DNA of 64,000 bases from Antedon mediterranea (lineage: Eukaryota > Animalia > Echinodermata): assembly GCF_964355755.1 (NCBI RefSeq), contig NC_092672.1, positions 1,922,001 through 1,986,000 on the forward strand, given 5' to 3'. The position numbers were made by a program, and so were the translations under genes. Positions 1-12,760 of this stretch are shown here, in pieces. Positions within the stretch are counted from its first letter, which is position 1; every line of letters begins with the position of its first letter. The notes beneath the pieces were generated by a model that was not told the origin of the DNA, did no database searches, and saw only the letters and a program-made list of their open reading frames with translations.

Positions 1-704
1 CATGAATCAGGTTTTAATAAGGAGTGTGATAGTTTGTTGGTTTTTGTTCACCAAATGGACAAACCAATTAAGATGACCATTCACATACTACGCATTATTG
101 AAACTGCGTTAAACAAACAAATCAAGAAATATCGGTTTTTGTAGCACTTTGCGATGGACACAACAATTGATCCGTGCTCTTGCAACAATGTTGGACAATT
201 GCAAAAGTCCATTATTTGCGTGTCATTGTAACACATGTTAGAAAATCTGAGAGAGGGTTTAATGACGAACACAGAAAAACAAATGAACTTTTCTAAGCAA
301 TGTAAATATATTGATTGAATTTTAAAGGATAAAACGAAAGGCTAAATTTCAATCTAATGCACATTCATATATAACTATAAAAAGAAAATATTAAAATATG
401 AAAAAAATAATAATATAAAAATAAAGAATTAACAATAATGATAATACTGTTGGAAAGTGACTAAAATAAGATGATTACGATTCTGCTATTCAAATAATGT
501 CATTAGAGCAATGATGTCAGATTAAGGCGGACTTGATATGGGTATATATATCTATATAAATAATACAAAAGTAAAATGTGAACCTAAATTTAATAGAAAT
601 AAAAATATATTTTCCTAGATTGATGATATTTCCAAAAATATCTCCTTTTTCAGAAAAAATCTAGAAATTCCAAAAATAATCAGAAAAAAACATTAAAAAA
701 GAAC

Positions 705-775
705 TAGGGTATAAAAGTAGAGCACATCAAAAGTATGCCGAAGGTGATAGGTTCAAATCCCTTTGGTATGCCAAT
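705..775 (+). mobile_element. Degenerate tRNA-like/SINE fragment
   Basis: gtagagca...gaaggtgataGGTTCAAATCCc B box. Similar B-box relics at about 49720-49760 (+) and 51495-51545 (-). Confidence 0.4.
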
Positions 776-2035
776 CTTATTATTTCAAAATATGAATAAT
801 AAAGATACTATTAATAATCTTTTACTGTAAAAGACATTTTCCGGAAATTGAGTTTTTGTCGATTCTGAGCTTTGAATTAAAATTAATCCATCAACGAAAA
901 CTTTCATTATGTTTGATTTTGAAGAGAAATTAGAGGTGTACAAGCACTCTATGTCACGTACATCAAACATGGCCGCTATTCTTCAACAAACATGGCTGCC
1001 ACTCGTCGGCAAACAGCAAACGACGCTATGAGGTACTGCACTGTATTTTGCATTGTCACGGTCATAAAGGCATCTCATGTACAAACAATAACTTGCACAA
1101 GTCAACATTTGCCTAAGTATTGCAGGTATTGCTAACTACCCCATCATTATTCTACTATTTTTGGATCTCACTTAAGTAAAAGCGGCGGCAAAGACCCCTG
1201 CCTTCCTTATATTCATGTGTTCAAATCATTTCATAAGGCAGAATATTCTTTAACCATATCACAGCTAGGTAAAAGTAAAAAAACAAGAAAGAGTTGTCCA
1301 ATCAAATTCTTTAATCTATGTTTAAAATAAAATTAATATCATGTTACCGAATGCTACACAATATTATTATAATTAATATTTATTAATATTTATTAATATT
1401 ATAATATAATTTGCACTGTATAAACTTAAACTTAGTGATAATATAATTTATAATTGAAAGCATGATCTAATAGAAAGTAATACCAAAAATAACACAGAAA
1501 ATAATCATTTTCCTTTACTCTAGATAATTAAAAATAATGAAAAAAAAAGTCTAAATGGGTCAAATAATGAGACTACAAAAAGCACTATACCACTGCGTAA
1601 TTAAAACAGCTATGAGCTAATTTTATACACAAGAGTGCTTTTTGAATCGATTGTTGAAATCTTCAATTCAAAAACAATTACAGAGATTCATTGTATGTGC
1701 CGTCCGTCGTTCATTGAAATAATGGATCTTTCACGCAAAGTAGTATATAATTGCAGACATCGCAGGAATCAATTTCTATGTTGTTGCAATGAAAATGACT
1801 TAATACTATACTAACATATCATTTTTAATTTCTATCAATTATTTTAGTCTTTCTTCATTTTCCAGTACATATATCCTTTAAAAACACATGTACTTAACAG
1901 CATTGTAATAATGAGGAACTGTTACACATAGCTCTAGGCCTCAGAGCAGCAATAACCTACAACAAACATTATAGTGCAGAGCGCAATGCACAACCTACTG
2001 TGCAAAATGATAACATCTGCAAACCAAGTCATCTG

Positions 2036-2490
2036 CTCTCTCTGCTGGGTTACATCTAAAATTGCGTCGTCTGCTACAAAATTCACTCTCTGACCCCCAA
2101 TGCTGTTTTGCATCTAACATTACATGCTAAAATTCACTCTCTGCTGGGTTACATCTAAAATTGCGTCGTCTGCTACAAAATTAACTCTCTGACCCACAAT
2201 GCTGTTTTGCATCTAACATTGCATGCTAAAATTCACTCTCTGCTGAGTTACATCTAAAATTGCGTCGTCTGCTACAAAATTCACTCTCTGACCCCCAATG
2301 CTGGTTTGCATCTAACATTGCATGCTAAAATTCACTCTCTGCTGGGTTACATCTACAATTGCGTCGTCTGCTACAAAATTAACTCTCTGACCCACAATGC
2401 TGTTTTGCATCTAACATTGCACTCTATAATTCACACTTGTTGCATCTAAAATTGTGTCATCTTCTACAAAATTCATTCTCTGACCCATCT
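2036..2490. repeat. Tandem repeat, about 4.5 x 99 bp
   Basis: gcgtcgtctgct at 2064, 2163, 2262 and 2361, followed by a degenerate fifth unit. Confidence 0.95.
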
Positions 2491-3113
2491 AAAATTGTAC
2501 ACCCACGTTTTTTTCACATATAAAACTACGTCGTCTACTACACAATGTCTGATCCTAATGGAGTTTATAGCAGTGATGGAGTAAGAGCCTACTAATAATA
2601 ATTGCCTCCTTGTAAATTATAAATTTTTTTGGAACCAAAACCAAATTATTATCAATATTTTTTATACTATAATACAATCTTACCTGTATCGTGACTATAA
2701 AAGAATAATATTTTAATATAAAAATTGAAAATGTTAATTAGTATGCCTTCTAGCTTTAAATTTCCCACAACAAAATCAATAAGTCTTCATACCATGAAAT
2801 AATAAATAGATTACTATGAAAAAGTATATAAAATCAATTAATATCTAGGTATATTAACAGTAATTAATCTAAATTTCATTTTTATATTACCGTTCATTCA
2901 ACCATTCCTTTGAAATTGATAAAGGTTTTAAATCGATTCCCTTACTTAAAATGTTATTTACAAATATTTTCGGCAAGATAAAATGTTTTAGATCTAGATA
3001 AAATATTAGAAAAGTAAAGAAATGAACTACCTATAACGTACTTAAAGATACAATTTAATTAGCTTTATTTCCGTCCCACCTTCCAAAAATATAAACAAAA
3101 CTAAAGAAATATA

Positions 3114-3289
3114 CATTCAACTCTCCCAATACAGGACTCTCTGAAAACCAGAAACTCGACGAAAACCAGACTTTTCTTGAAGTCCAAAAGGTCCAAAATT
3201 CATTTTTACCATTAAAAACACATTCTGAATACCAGACTTTCCAGAAAACCAGCCAGTCCAAAGGTGTCCGGTATTTGGAGAGTTGACTG
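3114..3289. mobile_element. MITE family B, second complete copy
   Basis: TA|CATTCAACTCTCCCAATAC...GTATTTGGAGAGTTGACTG|TA; body collinear with 7520-7705. Confidence 0.88.
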
Positions 3290-5083
3290 TATAAATAAAT
3301 CTATATTGGTCTTTTTTGTATCAAGCACTTTTTGATGCAGATAATTATATAAAGTATTAATTCTAAAGAAATATTTTAAAAAAACTCTAAACCGCCCAGT
3401 TTATTAGGTCCACCAGACCATCAATACTGAAGGTGTCTTCACAAGATAAAATAAATAAAAATAAAGTGATATACTGAAGTGAACATGCTAAATGGATACA
3501 TGAACAAAGCAATAAAAATAAAATGTAGTTAATATTCAACGTAGAATATTTTTTATTTTATTAATTGAGTGTTACGAATGATATTTAATATTATAATTTA
3601 TTTATGGCCAGGAGTAGAACATTAATGAATAGACAATGATTAATATACCACATACTAACGACATTAATGCATGTTTTCACACCATGTTTGTATCAATATA
3701 CGTGATCATATTATAAATTAGAAATATATTATCTAGAAATATTCTTGAAAACAGATTTTCAAACAATATTTACTGATATCTCTGAAAATAGGCGTTGATT
3801 TCAGCTCCGATGATGAGAATAGTATTCTTGAAACATGTCACAGCATCTTAAGGCAGTTTGCTATTCATCAAATGCCTGACAATTTTTGGTGGAATATTTT
3901 ATTTGATATGATTTATCTCTGAATAACTGGCAAACAATGTAAAAAAATATGATATGGATCAGAATAATATTCTAAAATTTGGTGACAACCAAATTTTAGA
4001 TAATATAAAATAATAAATTGAACAAAATTATTATTTACTAAAGTTTTTTTATTTTTATATTTCTTCATGTTGCTTAGATTCATAAAAACTGGATATATTT
4101 TTCACTACATGCAATTTTGAACACATATTGCTGTAAATTATATGTTATTTAAATGAATTCTCTTAAAGATTCTTGCCACAAAGCCACAAAGCAGTCACAA
4201 GAAAGAAATCTACATGAGAACCAAGGGAGAAGTCCAAACTACTCAAGTTTACGTTGATTCCTACTTCTTTAACTTTCATTCTTCAAACTTTTTTTGTTCT
4301 AGATTTCATCAAACAAGAAAAACAAAGTTATGGCTCAAAGATACTGAAACATATCCAGCATTTAAATTGATTTGTTTACTATCTTCTAACAAAAGGCAAC
4401 AGCACACCACTTCAAGACAGGTAATAGGTCAACATTTACAAATCATTAAAAATGGATTCATCTCATTTCACTGACAAACTTCCTGGTCAAAACTGCAGAT
4501 AAGCAAAACACAAACAAGGTAGAAGTTCTAATGATGTATCAAATGTAATGTGAAACCAAAAATGGAGGCATGCAAAGATTTCCTTTGTTTTAGATGGAAT
4601 GTTAAGGGCCTAAAGACAATTTGCATATAAGTATGATAGAGCAGTTATTAATAAGAGAATTTTTTTTAATAAAGGTGATGTGATCAAATCCATGCCAAAC
4701 TACTCTTTTGGCAATTCTTGACAATTATTGAACATTCTTCAACTAAATTAATTTTGTTTTAATTTTAGAAATCAGGACAAGTTTCCATAAATATGGTATA
4801 ACTACAGTATATTGATGATATGGTATTTAAAAAATATTTTTTGTTTACTTTAAGATGAAGGCAGGTATTAATAAGGTGTTCCTTTACACACAATATTGGC
4901 ATTTACATTTTTAAATTTTATAAGTTACATTTTACAGCTAAGAACTTAGCAATAATCAGGACTTAACTTAAACCGCATTTTTTTTATACTTTTTATCTAT
5001 CAGTACCATTAGAAAGAGAAATGACAAATTACAAAGAAAATACAAAATTTGAATGATGAAGGCAACATTTATCTAAATACTGC

Positions 5084-5223
5084 CAGGGCCATAGCCACCA
5101 GTACGGTTGGTAAGGTTTGAACCTGACCACTTTTTCACAGAGGTCTTTGACAACCCAGTGGCTTGAACAGAGACTGTTCCTTTCAAAAACTGCACCGTTT
5201 TATTTCTTATGACTACAGCACTG
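5084..5223. mobile_element. Dispersed repeat family E (hAT-like MITE), copy 1
   Basis: CAGGGCCATAGCC...GACTACAGCACTG imperfect TIR; body ggtaaggtttgaacctgaccactttttcacagaggtctttgacaacccagtggcttgaaca recurs at 34506 and 53948. No TSD retained. Confidence 0.75.
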
Positions 5224-6043
5224 ACAGCAGAGTAGTGTAAAGAAAGGTTTAAGATGAAGAGACAAAATTCAAAGCAGTTAGAAGATTCATAATGTATGTC
5301 AGCCATGGATGATGAGAGAAAGAAAGTATAGGATAAATAAATGATTGAAACTTTCAAGAAATAAATGCCACCTTGTTAGAAATAAATCATTAATGACATG
5401 TCCGGATAAATTTTGCTTTTTTGAAAAATTGTTTTATAATTTCGCTTGAAAATTACATTTATATGTAGACGAAAATAGACGACTATAGAATGGATTTGCA
5501 TCAAATTATTTAAATTACAGCTTGAATATTATTATAAAGACAATTTTACAGTTATTTCCTAAAATATGTAATTTTTTTTGTAGATTAAAAAAATGTTTCT
5601 CGCATATCCATCTAAATATGAATATGCATAATATATGCATAATTATGAATGTTCATAATTTTGCAATCCAGTCAAAAGAGTAAATTAATAAATTAAATGA
5701 ATATGGATTATGTATTATTATGAATATGTATTATTATGAATATAAATAATTACGCATTCATAGTTAGAAATATGCCTAATTATGAATATTCAACATTAAG
5801 TTTGAAATTAATAATGGAATTAAATTTGAGCAGAAATACGCAAAGCTGGATTGGTTGTCATAGTACCCAGGGTGGATCCAGGATGTTTAAAACAGGGAAG
5901 CACTGTATAATATTAACAGTTTATTAGCAGTTCATATATTTATTTTAACAGGAATGAGATTGACCTCTAGCCATAAAAGGATGGGTAAGACCTTTGACAT
6001 GTTGACCTTTGACATGGTGACAATCTGATGGACATTTGTCTAA

Positions 6044-6205
6044 AGCTCTGTCTACATTATCAAACTAGTTTGACAAAAAAAGTGTGATGTTCCCAAATAT
6101 GGGTAGTGATATTCCCAAATATGGTAGTGATATGACATCATCATGTCCATATATGGGTACATCCAATTTTGTTGGCACATACAGTTTGATAGTGTAGACA
6201 GAACT
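6044..6205. mobile_element. MITE family A (PIF/Harbinger-like), complete copy
   Basis: TIRs AGCTCTGTCTACA(C/T)TATCAAACT...AGTTTGATAGTGTAGACAGA(A/G)CT; TAA on both flanks (3-bp TWA TSD); internal CCCAAATATGGTAGTGATAT repeats. Confidence 0.88.
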
Positions 6206-7519
6206 TAACATGGAGAACATTTCTGATTTGTTCCTTTTAAGTGACAGCATGACATTATTACAATGATTGTCTTTAGTAGAGATCCTATGTGAATGTAATG
6301 AGATTGTAATAAGAAGCACTTAGATGCATTGTTTGATTACATAATATCATTTTGTATAATTGCATGTTGTATCTTAAGTGTGTTTTAATAATTTCTTATA
6401 AACCTAAGTTACAGGTATATTATTAAACAAATGCTATATTCAGTCAAAATATTCTTCATTTACTTGATTGACAATGTTTTGTGTGTTGATGATTTTTGTG
6501 AGCTGTTTAGAAATTCTGTACATACAATTTTTTTTTTCTGCTTCTTGCACACATTGGATATCTATGTTATAATATGCCAAAATAAATAAAAAAATAAAAA
6601 TTTATGTGCAGCTCCGAGATTTTGTAAATTTGTTGTTGTTTTGTAGTACTTATATACACAGCATAAACTGACACCACTACCTTGAGAAAGTGCGATGCTA
6701 ACGCACAAAACGTTGGTAAGTTTCAACGTTTATTCTCACCTTCATGAAAAACGAAAATTTGATTTCAAAAATATTTTGGAAAGGAGATGAATTTTTTTCA
6801 ATTTTATATATACAGTATATATATTTAGCTTTTCGCTTTATTTTTGTATCTCCATTGAGATCCAGTCACTGATACCCACAGCATTGTCATTTTTTTTCAG
6901 TAATTTGCCTTTGGATTTATATATTATAATATTTATGTATATATACTTATAGTAGTAATAATAGTACTATTTTGGATTACTATGTTTCATACAATAATAA
7001 ATAAATGAAGTAAAATAAATAAAGTAAAAATATAATAATCATACATGGATGGTTTCAATTAAAATTGCAGATATTTAGGAATAATTAAAATTCAAGATGT
7101 ATGCTAAATTAAACATTTGCTTTATAACTTTTTAAAGTCTAGTAAAATTTGCATATTAACGTAACAATCTTATATTCAAATACAAACATGAATCCTTATT
7201 TTCCAAGTACCATCCCTGATCAATAAAAAAAGCCAAGTACAATGCAATTATCTGTTTGCTTTATTCCGAATGACAAAATAAAACAATTGTATGTATGAAA
7301 GTGAGATAAACATAAAATGACAAAAGAAAGTAAATTACGAGACAATTACATATCACATAATTGTTTTCTGGGCGCAATTAAAAAATGCTGCTAGTAATAA
7401 TTGTTAAGATCTTTTATCATATTTGATAAAAGACCTTATAATGATTGTTCTACCTCCCTCTGTTTACTAATTAGTTATTATGATGCAAATTGACTGTTGT
7501 TTCTGAAATAACTATAATA

Positions 7520-7705
7520 CAGTCAACTCTCCCAATACCGGACTCTCTGAAAACCAGAAACTCTCCCAATACCAGACTTTTTTTGAGGACCAAAAGGTCC
7601 CAAATTTATTTTTACCATTAAAAACACATTCCGAATACCAGACTTTCTGGAAAACCAGACTTATTTGGCCGGCCCAAAGGTATCCAGTATTTGGAGAGTT
7701 GACTG
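7520..7705. mobile_element. MITE family B (Tc1/mariner/pogo-like), complete copy
   Basis: TA|CAGTCAACTCTCCCAATAC...GTATTTGGAGAGTTGACTG|TA; TA TSD and CAGT termini. Confidence 0.9.
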
Positions 7706-9957
7706 TACATCAATGGTATTTAGTTTAGTTTTAATTAAAAGAGATCTTATAACGATTGTTCTACCTCCCTCTGTTTACTTTATTAGTTATGTTACAAATT
7801 ATTGTTTTGCAACTATATACCAATACAACATCAACGGTATTTAATTTATTTTTAATTAAAAGAGAACAAACAAAGTATTACAAGCCCACTAATATAGCCA
7901 TCTGACTTATTTTGCGTTCATTATGTTGGTATAATATTTCACGTCAAAAGCAGAATAATACGTAGCCTTCTCGACGGCAATTCCTGATTTTAAACGTCAA
8001 TCACACACGTCCGTGTTTGTGATTGGACGCGACAAATTATGATCAATTCGTTGGACTGATAAATCCATAATGAAGCATCTTAGTAGGACGACACGGAACG
8101 AAGTTAGTTATATTGCATTTTTCATTTGTTTCATTACCGAGTCATTCGGTTACTTACGCGTTCATTTATGCTAATTTGAAGAGCCAACTTCTAAGGTCAG
8201 TTCTGACAGCTCACTCAAAAGCAATTCTTTTTATCACAGAACTATCGTTTCTGATGTACAAATGTTATTTTTAAACTACATTGAGATTATAAAACCCCTT
8301 GAAAAGACAAAAAAACACATTTTCATATCAACCCATGTAGGACCTACTTAAAAATTCCACCAATTTGGTTTCCCTCTAAACAGTTTATTAAGATCTTTTA
8401 CATACCGTATTCTGTTTCAAAATAATGTTCAGGGCAGATGTCCAATTAGTTTCTCATTTTATTTTATGCAAATTATATACTTTTCTTGGTAACAATTATG
8501 ACAATTTACTTGCAATTATCCAAACTATAGAGCATAATGTATACTGTATGATGGATAGCTTTTAGTATTATATTGTTAGGGTTGTACTGTAGTGATGTAT
8601 CTATCCTAAGTGCACTTTTTTCTTGAACTATTATTATAGGCCTATTATATATTCTATTTACATTAAGTAGAGTGGGATGTAAAATATTCATTATACACAC
8701 TGTGATTAGATAAATAAGCAATGTAATTATGAATTTAATGACATTGTGTGCCTGCTATTCTTTACTGCAGTAATCACTATTTAAGCCATGGAACATTACG
8801 TCCAATATCTTCAAGAGTGTGAGACACAGGGTGAGAATTCTAGGCTGGGCCATCTGAGAATGGCCTTGTGGTCATTACAATCATACATACGTACTATGCT
8901 TAATTGGAATACACAATGTATCTCTAGCCTAGAATATATTACATGCAACGTGGCATTGTTTTGAATGTTATGCACGCTATAAGAATCACAGTATGGTATT
9001 GAGTGAAACAGCTTGCTATCCCAGCATTCATTGTCTAAGAATCAATGTACAAAAAAGCAGCTCAAATAAAACAAAAATGACCCCGTTAAATGATCTATAT
9101 CATAACGGCATTCAGTAGATACAATGCAGACAATAAAAAGAGAGTTTTAAACAATTCTGGAAATTGTTATATTATTGGCGCAAAACAAAATGGGGCAATA
9201 AAAGATATAGAATAAAAATAATAAAATAGGAATTACTTTTGCCTGTTTGTATGTTGTTTGATAGCTTTCAGCAATTATTTTAAAACATACAAATGTACTA
9301 CAAATGTGAAAACTGTAATACAATACATAACTAGTTTTTGAAGATGTCTTGAGAACACACTAATAATATACGGTTATGTACGATCTATGATGCTATGATT
9401 TGAAGATTTACAAGATCCATTTTGATCCTAACTTCAAGCAAAATCTTTTGTGATAGAGAAATCTAATTATTATATTGAGCAACTAAAAATTAACGACTCT
9501 TCCGTGGGGAATGGTTTAATCATAGTATAATACTGTGGGATCCAGGTATAATTTTACTGATGGTGACAGTAATAATATTGAATGTAATTTACTCCTATCC
9601 TTTAATACCAAAGAGTAACCAACCAGATCTAATTTATTTTTGTCAACAATCGTAACTTATTTTCATATAGTTATTGGTATTTATTTTGATGGTGTATATA
9701 TTTTTATCAATAATATACATTAACAAGCTTCATCATTATTATAAATAGCACGTTCTGCTATTTTGCGCCATTGATTCCTGTCATGGGCCGAGTGTGTCTT
9801 AAGTGGGCCAGTATAATATAAAACAAAAAATATTATATGTAGTAATATTTAATATTTTCACTAATGAGATCCTAATCTTGGACACCTTTGAGCTGGTTTT
9901 CTTCTTGTTTGTTCAGAATGTGAATTTAACGACAACAATAATTTGGGAGAAATGGTT

Positions 9958-10007
9958 TTAGGAGAGTTTTCAGTTTCTAGAGAATCTGGCATTGGAAAAG
10001 TTGACTG
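9958..10007. mobile_element. MITE family B, terminal fragment in reverse orientation, about 80 bp from the exon donor site
   Basis: ggagagttttcagtttctagagaatctggcattggaaaagttgactg|ta is a degenerate reverse complement of the family B left end. Confidence 0.7.
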
Positions 10008-10088
10008 TAGTGAAATATCAAGACAAGACGTTTTGATATTTAACTGTGTTGTTTATCATTAATAATCGTAATTATTATTTGACCTTAC

Positions 10089-10137
10089 CTCTGTGTCTGT
10101 TGGTCGTTTTATCTATCATTAACATAGCGTCCTCTAC
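10089..10137 (-). CDS. msi: Musashi-family RNA-binding protein, internal 49-bp exon (RRM2 beta2 up to RNP1)
   Basis: Reverse complement reads cattgcag|GTAGAGGACGCTATGTTAATGATAGATAAAACGACCAACAGACACAGAG|gtaag, i.e. VEDAMLMIDKTTNRHR+G. It continues in frame from the 93-bp exon and matches Musashi VEDAMLMFDKTTNRHRG. Phase 0/1. Confidence 0.96.
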
Positions 10138-11220
10138 CTGCAATGACAACAAATTTAAAGAATTATTAATTAACAGAAAAATTAAAAATATTAAACAATA
10201 AAAAAAAAAAAAGTACATAATTGAGAAACAAATACATCAGCAGATCTTCTCACAAATGCCAATATTTCGTTACGAGTATAAACAAATATTTTAATATAAA
10301 ACTGAAACAAAATCATGTTTAAACACTTTGTTGAAATAAAAATCAAATATTACTATAAATTATATCATTTCCCACCTTGTTATCAAAACAAATGTTCTTA
10401 TCAATGTAAATTTATTAACTGTTTCTCATATACATTAATACAACTTTGATTTGATTTCTTTGGACCAATATAATAATATTACAGTTGCCTTTAGCATTCC
10501 AATTAATAATAAGAGGCTGACTACTGCCTATTAATTATTTAAATGTATGTAGAACATTTTATTGTTTTTCAATCATAATTTATCAAGAAAAGTAAGGTGT
10601 CCCAAGTGGGTTTTTACCAGGCCTAACTGATAGGTAATTCAGCCTATCCACTCAACCAATTTACCCAGCCTAACTGATAGGTAATTCACCCAACCAATGC
10701 AAAAACGTTTGATTAATTATCAAACTATATTATATCCTATCCAACTTTTAATTTACAAAGTAAATAGCGGTTCCGCTTGGGCTTGTTTAAACAGAAATGT
10801 TACCCGGTAATAATTAACTGATTTAACGTGATAGGACCTATATTAAATTAATTTAGTTCCTGTTTCTGTCCATCACATGTCTGTCAAACCATAAAGGTAT
10901 TAGTAGATGGTAAAACAAACCATGATATCAGAAGATCTATTTATCTAAACAGGGAAGTTAATTATAAAATTTAGATCTAAACTAATTTTTACATATTTGG
11001 TTCTCCTTTCTCACGTCATTAATGCAATTTTTCTTTCAGTTCACTTTTTTATTCCTCTGTATCATCTCAGTTGTTTTGTAGGTTTGCGGGGTTTATCAAT
11101 CATTTTTAACAAAAAATTATGATATAGATATATTTTTATTATAACTCACATAGCAAGTGACACTACATGATTCAGTAACTTTTATGTTGGTTCAATGGAG
11201 TTTGCTATGTTTTTTTGGAG

Positions 11221-12760
11221 GTTTATGGCATTTGCAATACCCTAATAAATTGTTCGTTTAGGGTTTCTCCTGAATAGAGGTGTCCCAAAGGTTTATGGCG
11301 TTTGCAATACCCTAATAAATTGTTCTTTTAGGGTGTCCCCTGAATAGAGGTGTCCCAAAGGTTTATGGCGTTTGCAATACCCTAATAAATTGTTCTTTTA
11401 GGGTTTCTCCTGAATAGAGGTGTCCCAAAGGTTTATGGCGTTTGCAATACCCTAATAAATTGTTCGTTTAGGGTGTCCCCTGAATAGAGGTGTCCCAAAG
11501 GTTTATGGTGTTTGCAATACCCTAATAAATTGTTCGTTTAGGGTTTCTCCTGAATAGAGGTGACCCAAAGGTTTATGGTGTTTGCAATACCCTAATAAAT
11601 TGTTCGTTTAGGGTGTCCCCTGAATAGAGGTGTCCCAAAGGTTTATGGCGTTTGCAATATCCTAATAAATTGTTCGTTTAGGGTTTCTCCTGAATAGAGG
11701 TGTCCCAAAGGTTTATGGCGTTTGCAATACCCTAATAAATTGTTCGTTTAGGGTGTCCCCTGAATAGAGGTGTCCCAAAGGTTTATGGTGTTTGCAATAC
11801 CCTAATAAATTGTTCGTTTAGGGTTTCTCCTGAATAGAGGTGACCCAAAGGTTTATGGTGTTTGCAATACCCTAATAAATTGTTCGTTTAGGGTGTCCCC
11901 TGAATAGAGGTGTCCCAAAGGTTTATGGCGTTTGCAATATCCTAATAAATTGTTCGTTTAGGGTTTCTCCTGAATAGAGGTGTCCCAAAGGTTTATGGCG
12001 TTTGCAATACCCTAATAAATTGTTCGTTTAGGGTGTCCCCTGAATAGAGGTGTCCCAAAGGTTTATGGTGTTTGCAATACCCTAATAAATTGTTCGTTTA
12101 GGGTTTCTCCTGAATAGAGGTGTCCCAAAGGTTTATGGTGTTTGCAATACCCTAATAAATTGTTCGTTTAGGGTGTCCCCTGAATAGGTGTGTCCCAAAG
12201 GTTTATGGCGTTTGCAATACCCTAATAAATTGTTCGTTTAGGGTGTCCCCTGAATAGAGGTGTCCCAAAGGTTTATGGCGTTTGCAATACCCTAATAAAT
12301 TGTTCGTTTAGGGTGTCCCCTGAATAGAGGTGTCCCAAAGGTTTATGGCGTTTGCAATACCCTAATAAATTGTTCGTTTAGGGTGTCCCCTGAATAGAGG
12401 TGTCCCAAAGGTTTATGGCGTTTGCAATACCCTAATAAATTGTTCGTTTAGGGTGTCCCCTGAATAGAGGTGTCCCAAAGGTTTATGGCGTTTGCAATAC
12501 CCTAATAAATTGTTCGTTTAGGGTGTCCCCTGAATAGAGGTGTCCCAAAGGTTTATGGTGTTTGCAATACCCTAATAAATTGTTCGTTTAGGGTGTCCCC
12601 TGAATAGAGGTGTCCCAAAGGTTTATGGCGTTTGCAATACCCTAATAAATTGTTCGTTTAGGGTGTCTCCTGAATAGAGGTGTCCCAAAGGTTTATGGCG
12701 TTTGCAATACCCTAATAAATTGTTCGTTTAGGGTGTCCCCTGAATAGAGGTGTCCCAAAG
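11221..12760. repeat. Minisatellite, 22 x 70 bp, with higher-order structure
   Basis: Unit gtttatggcgtttgcaataccctaataaattgttcgtttagggtgtcccctgaatagaggtgtcccaaag; no indels and no unique spacers. Confidence 0.98.

Noticed and set aside
11221-12760. CRISPR-like appearance of the regular array
   Set aside because: Units are contiguous and near-identical with no unique spacers, there are no cas genes, and the context is a eukaryotic intron.
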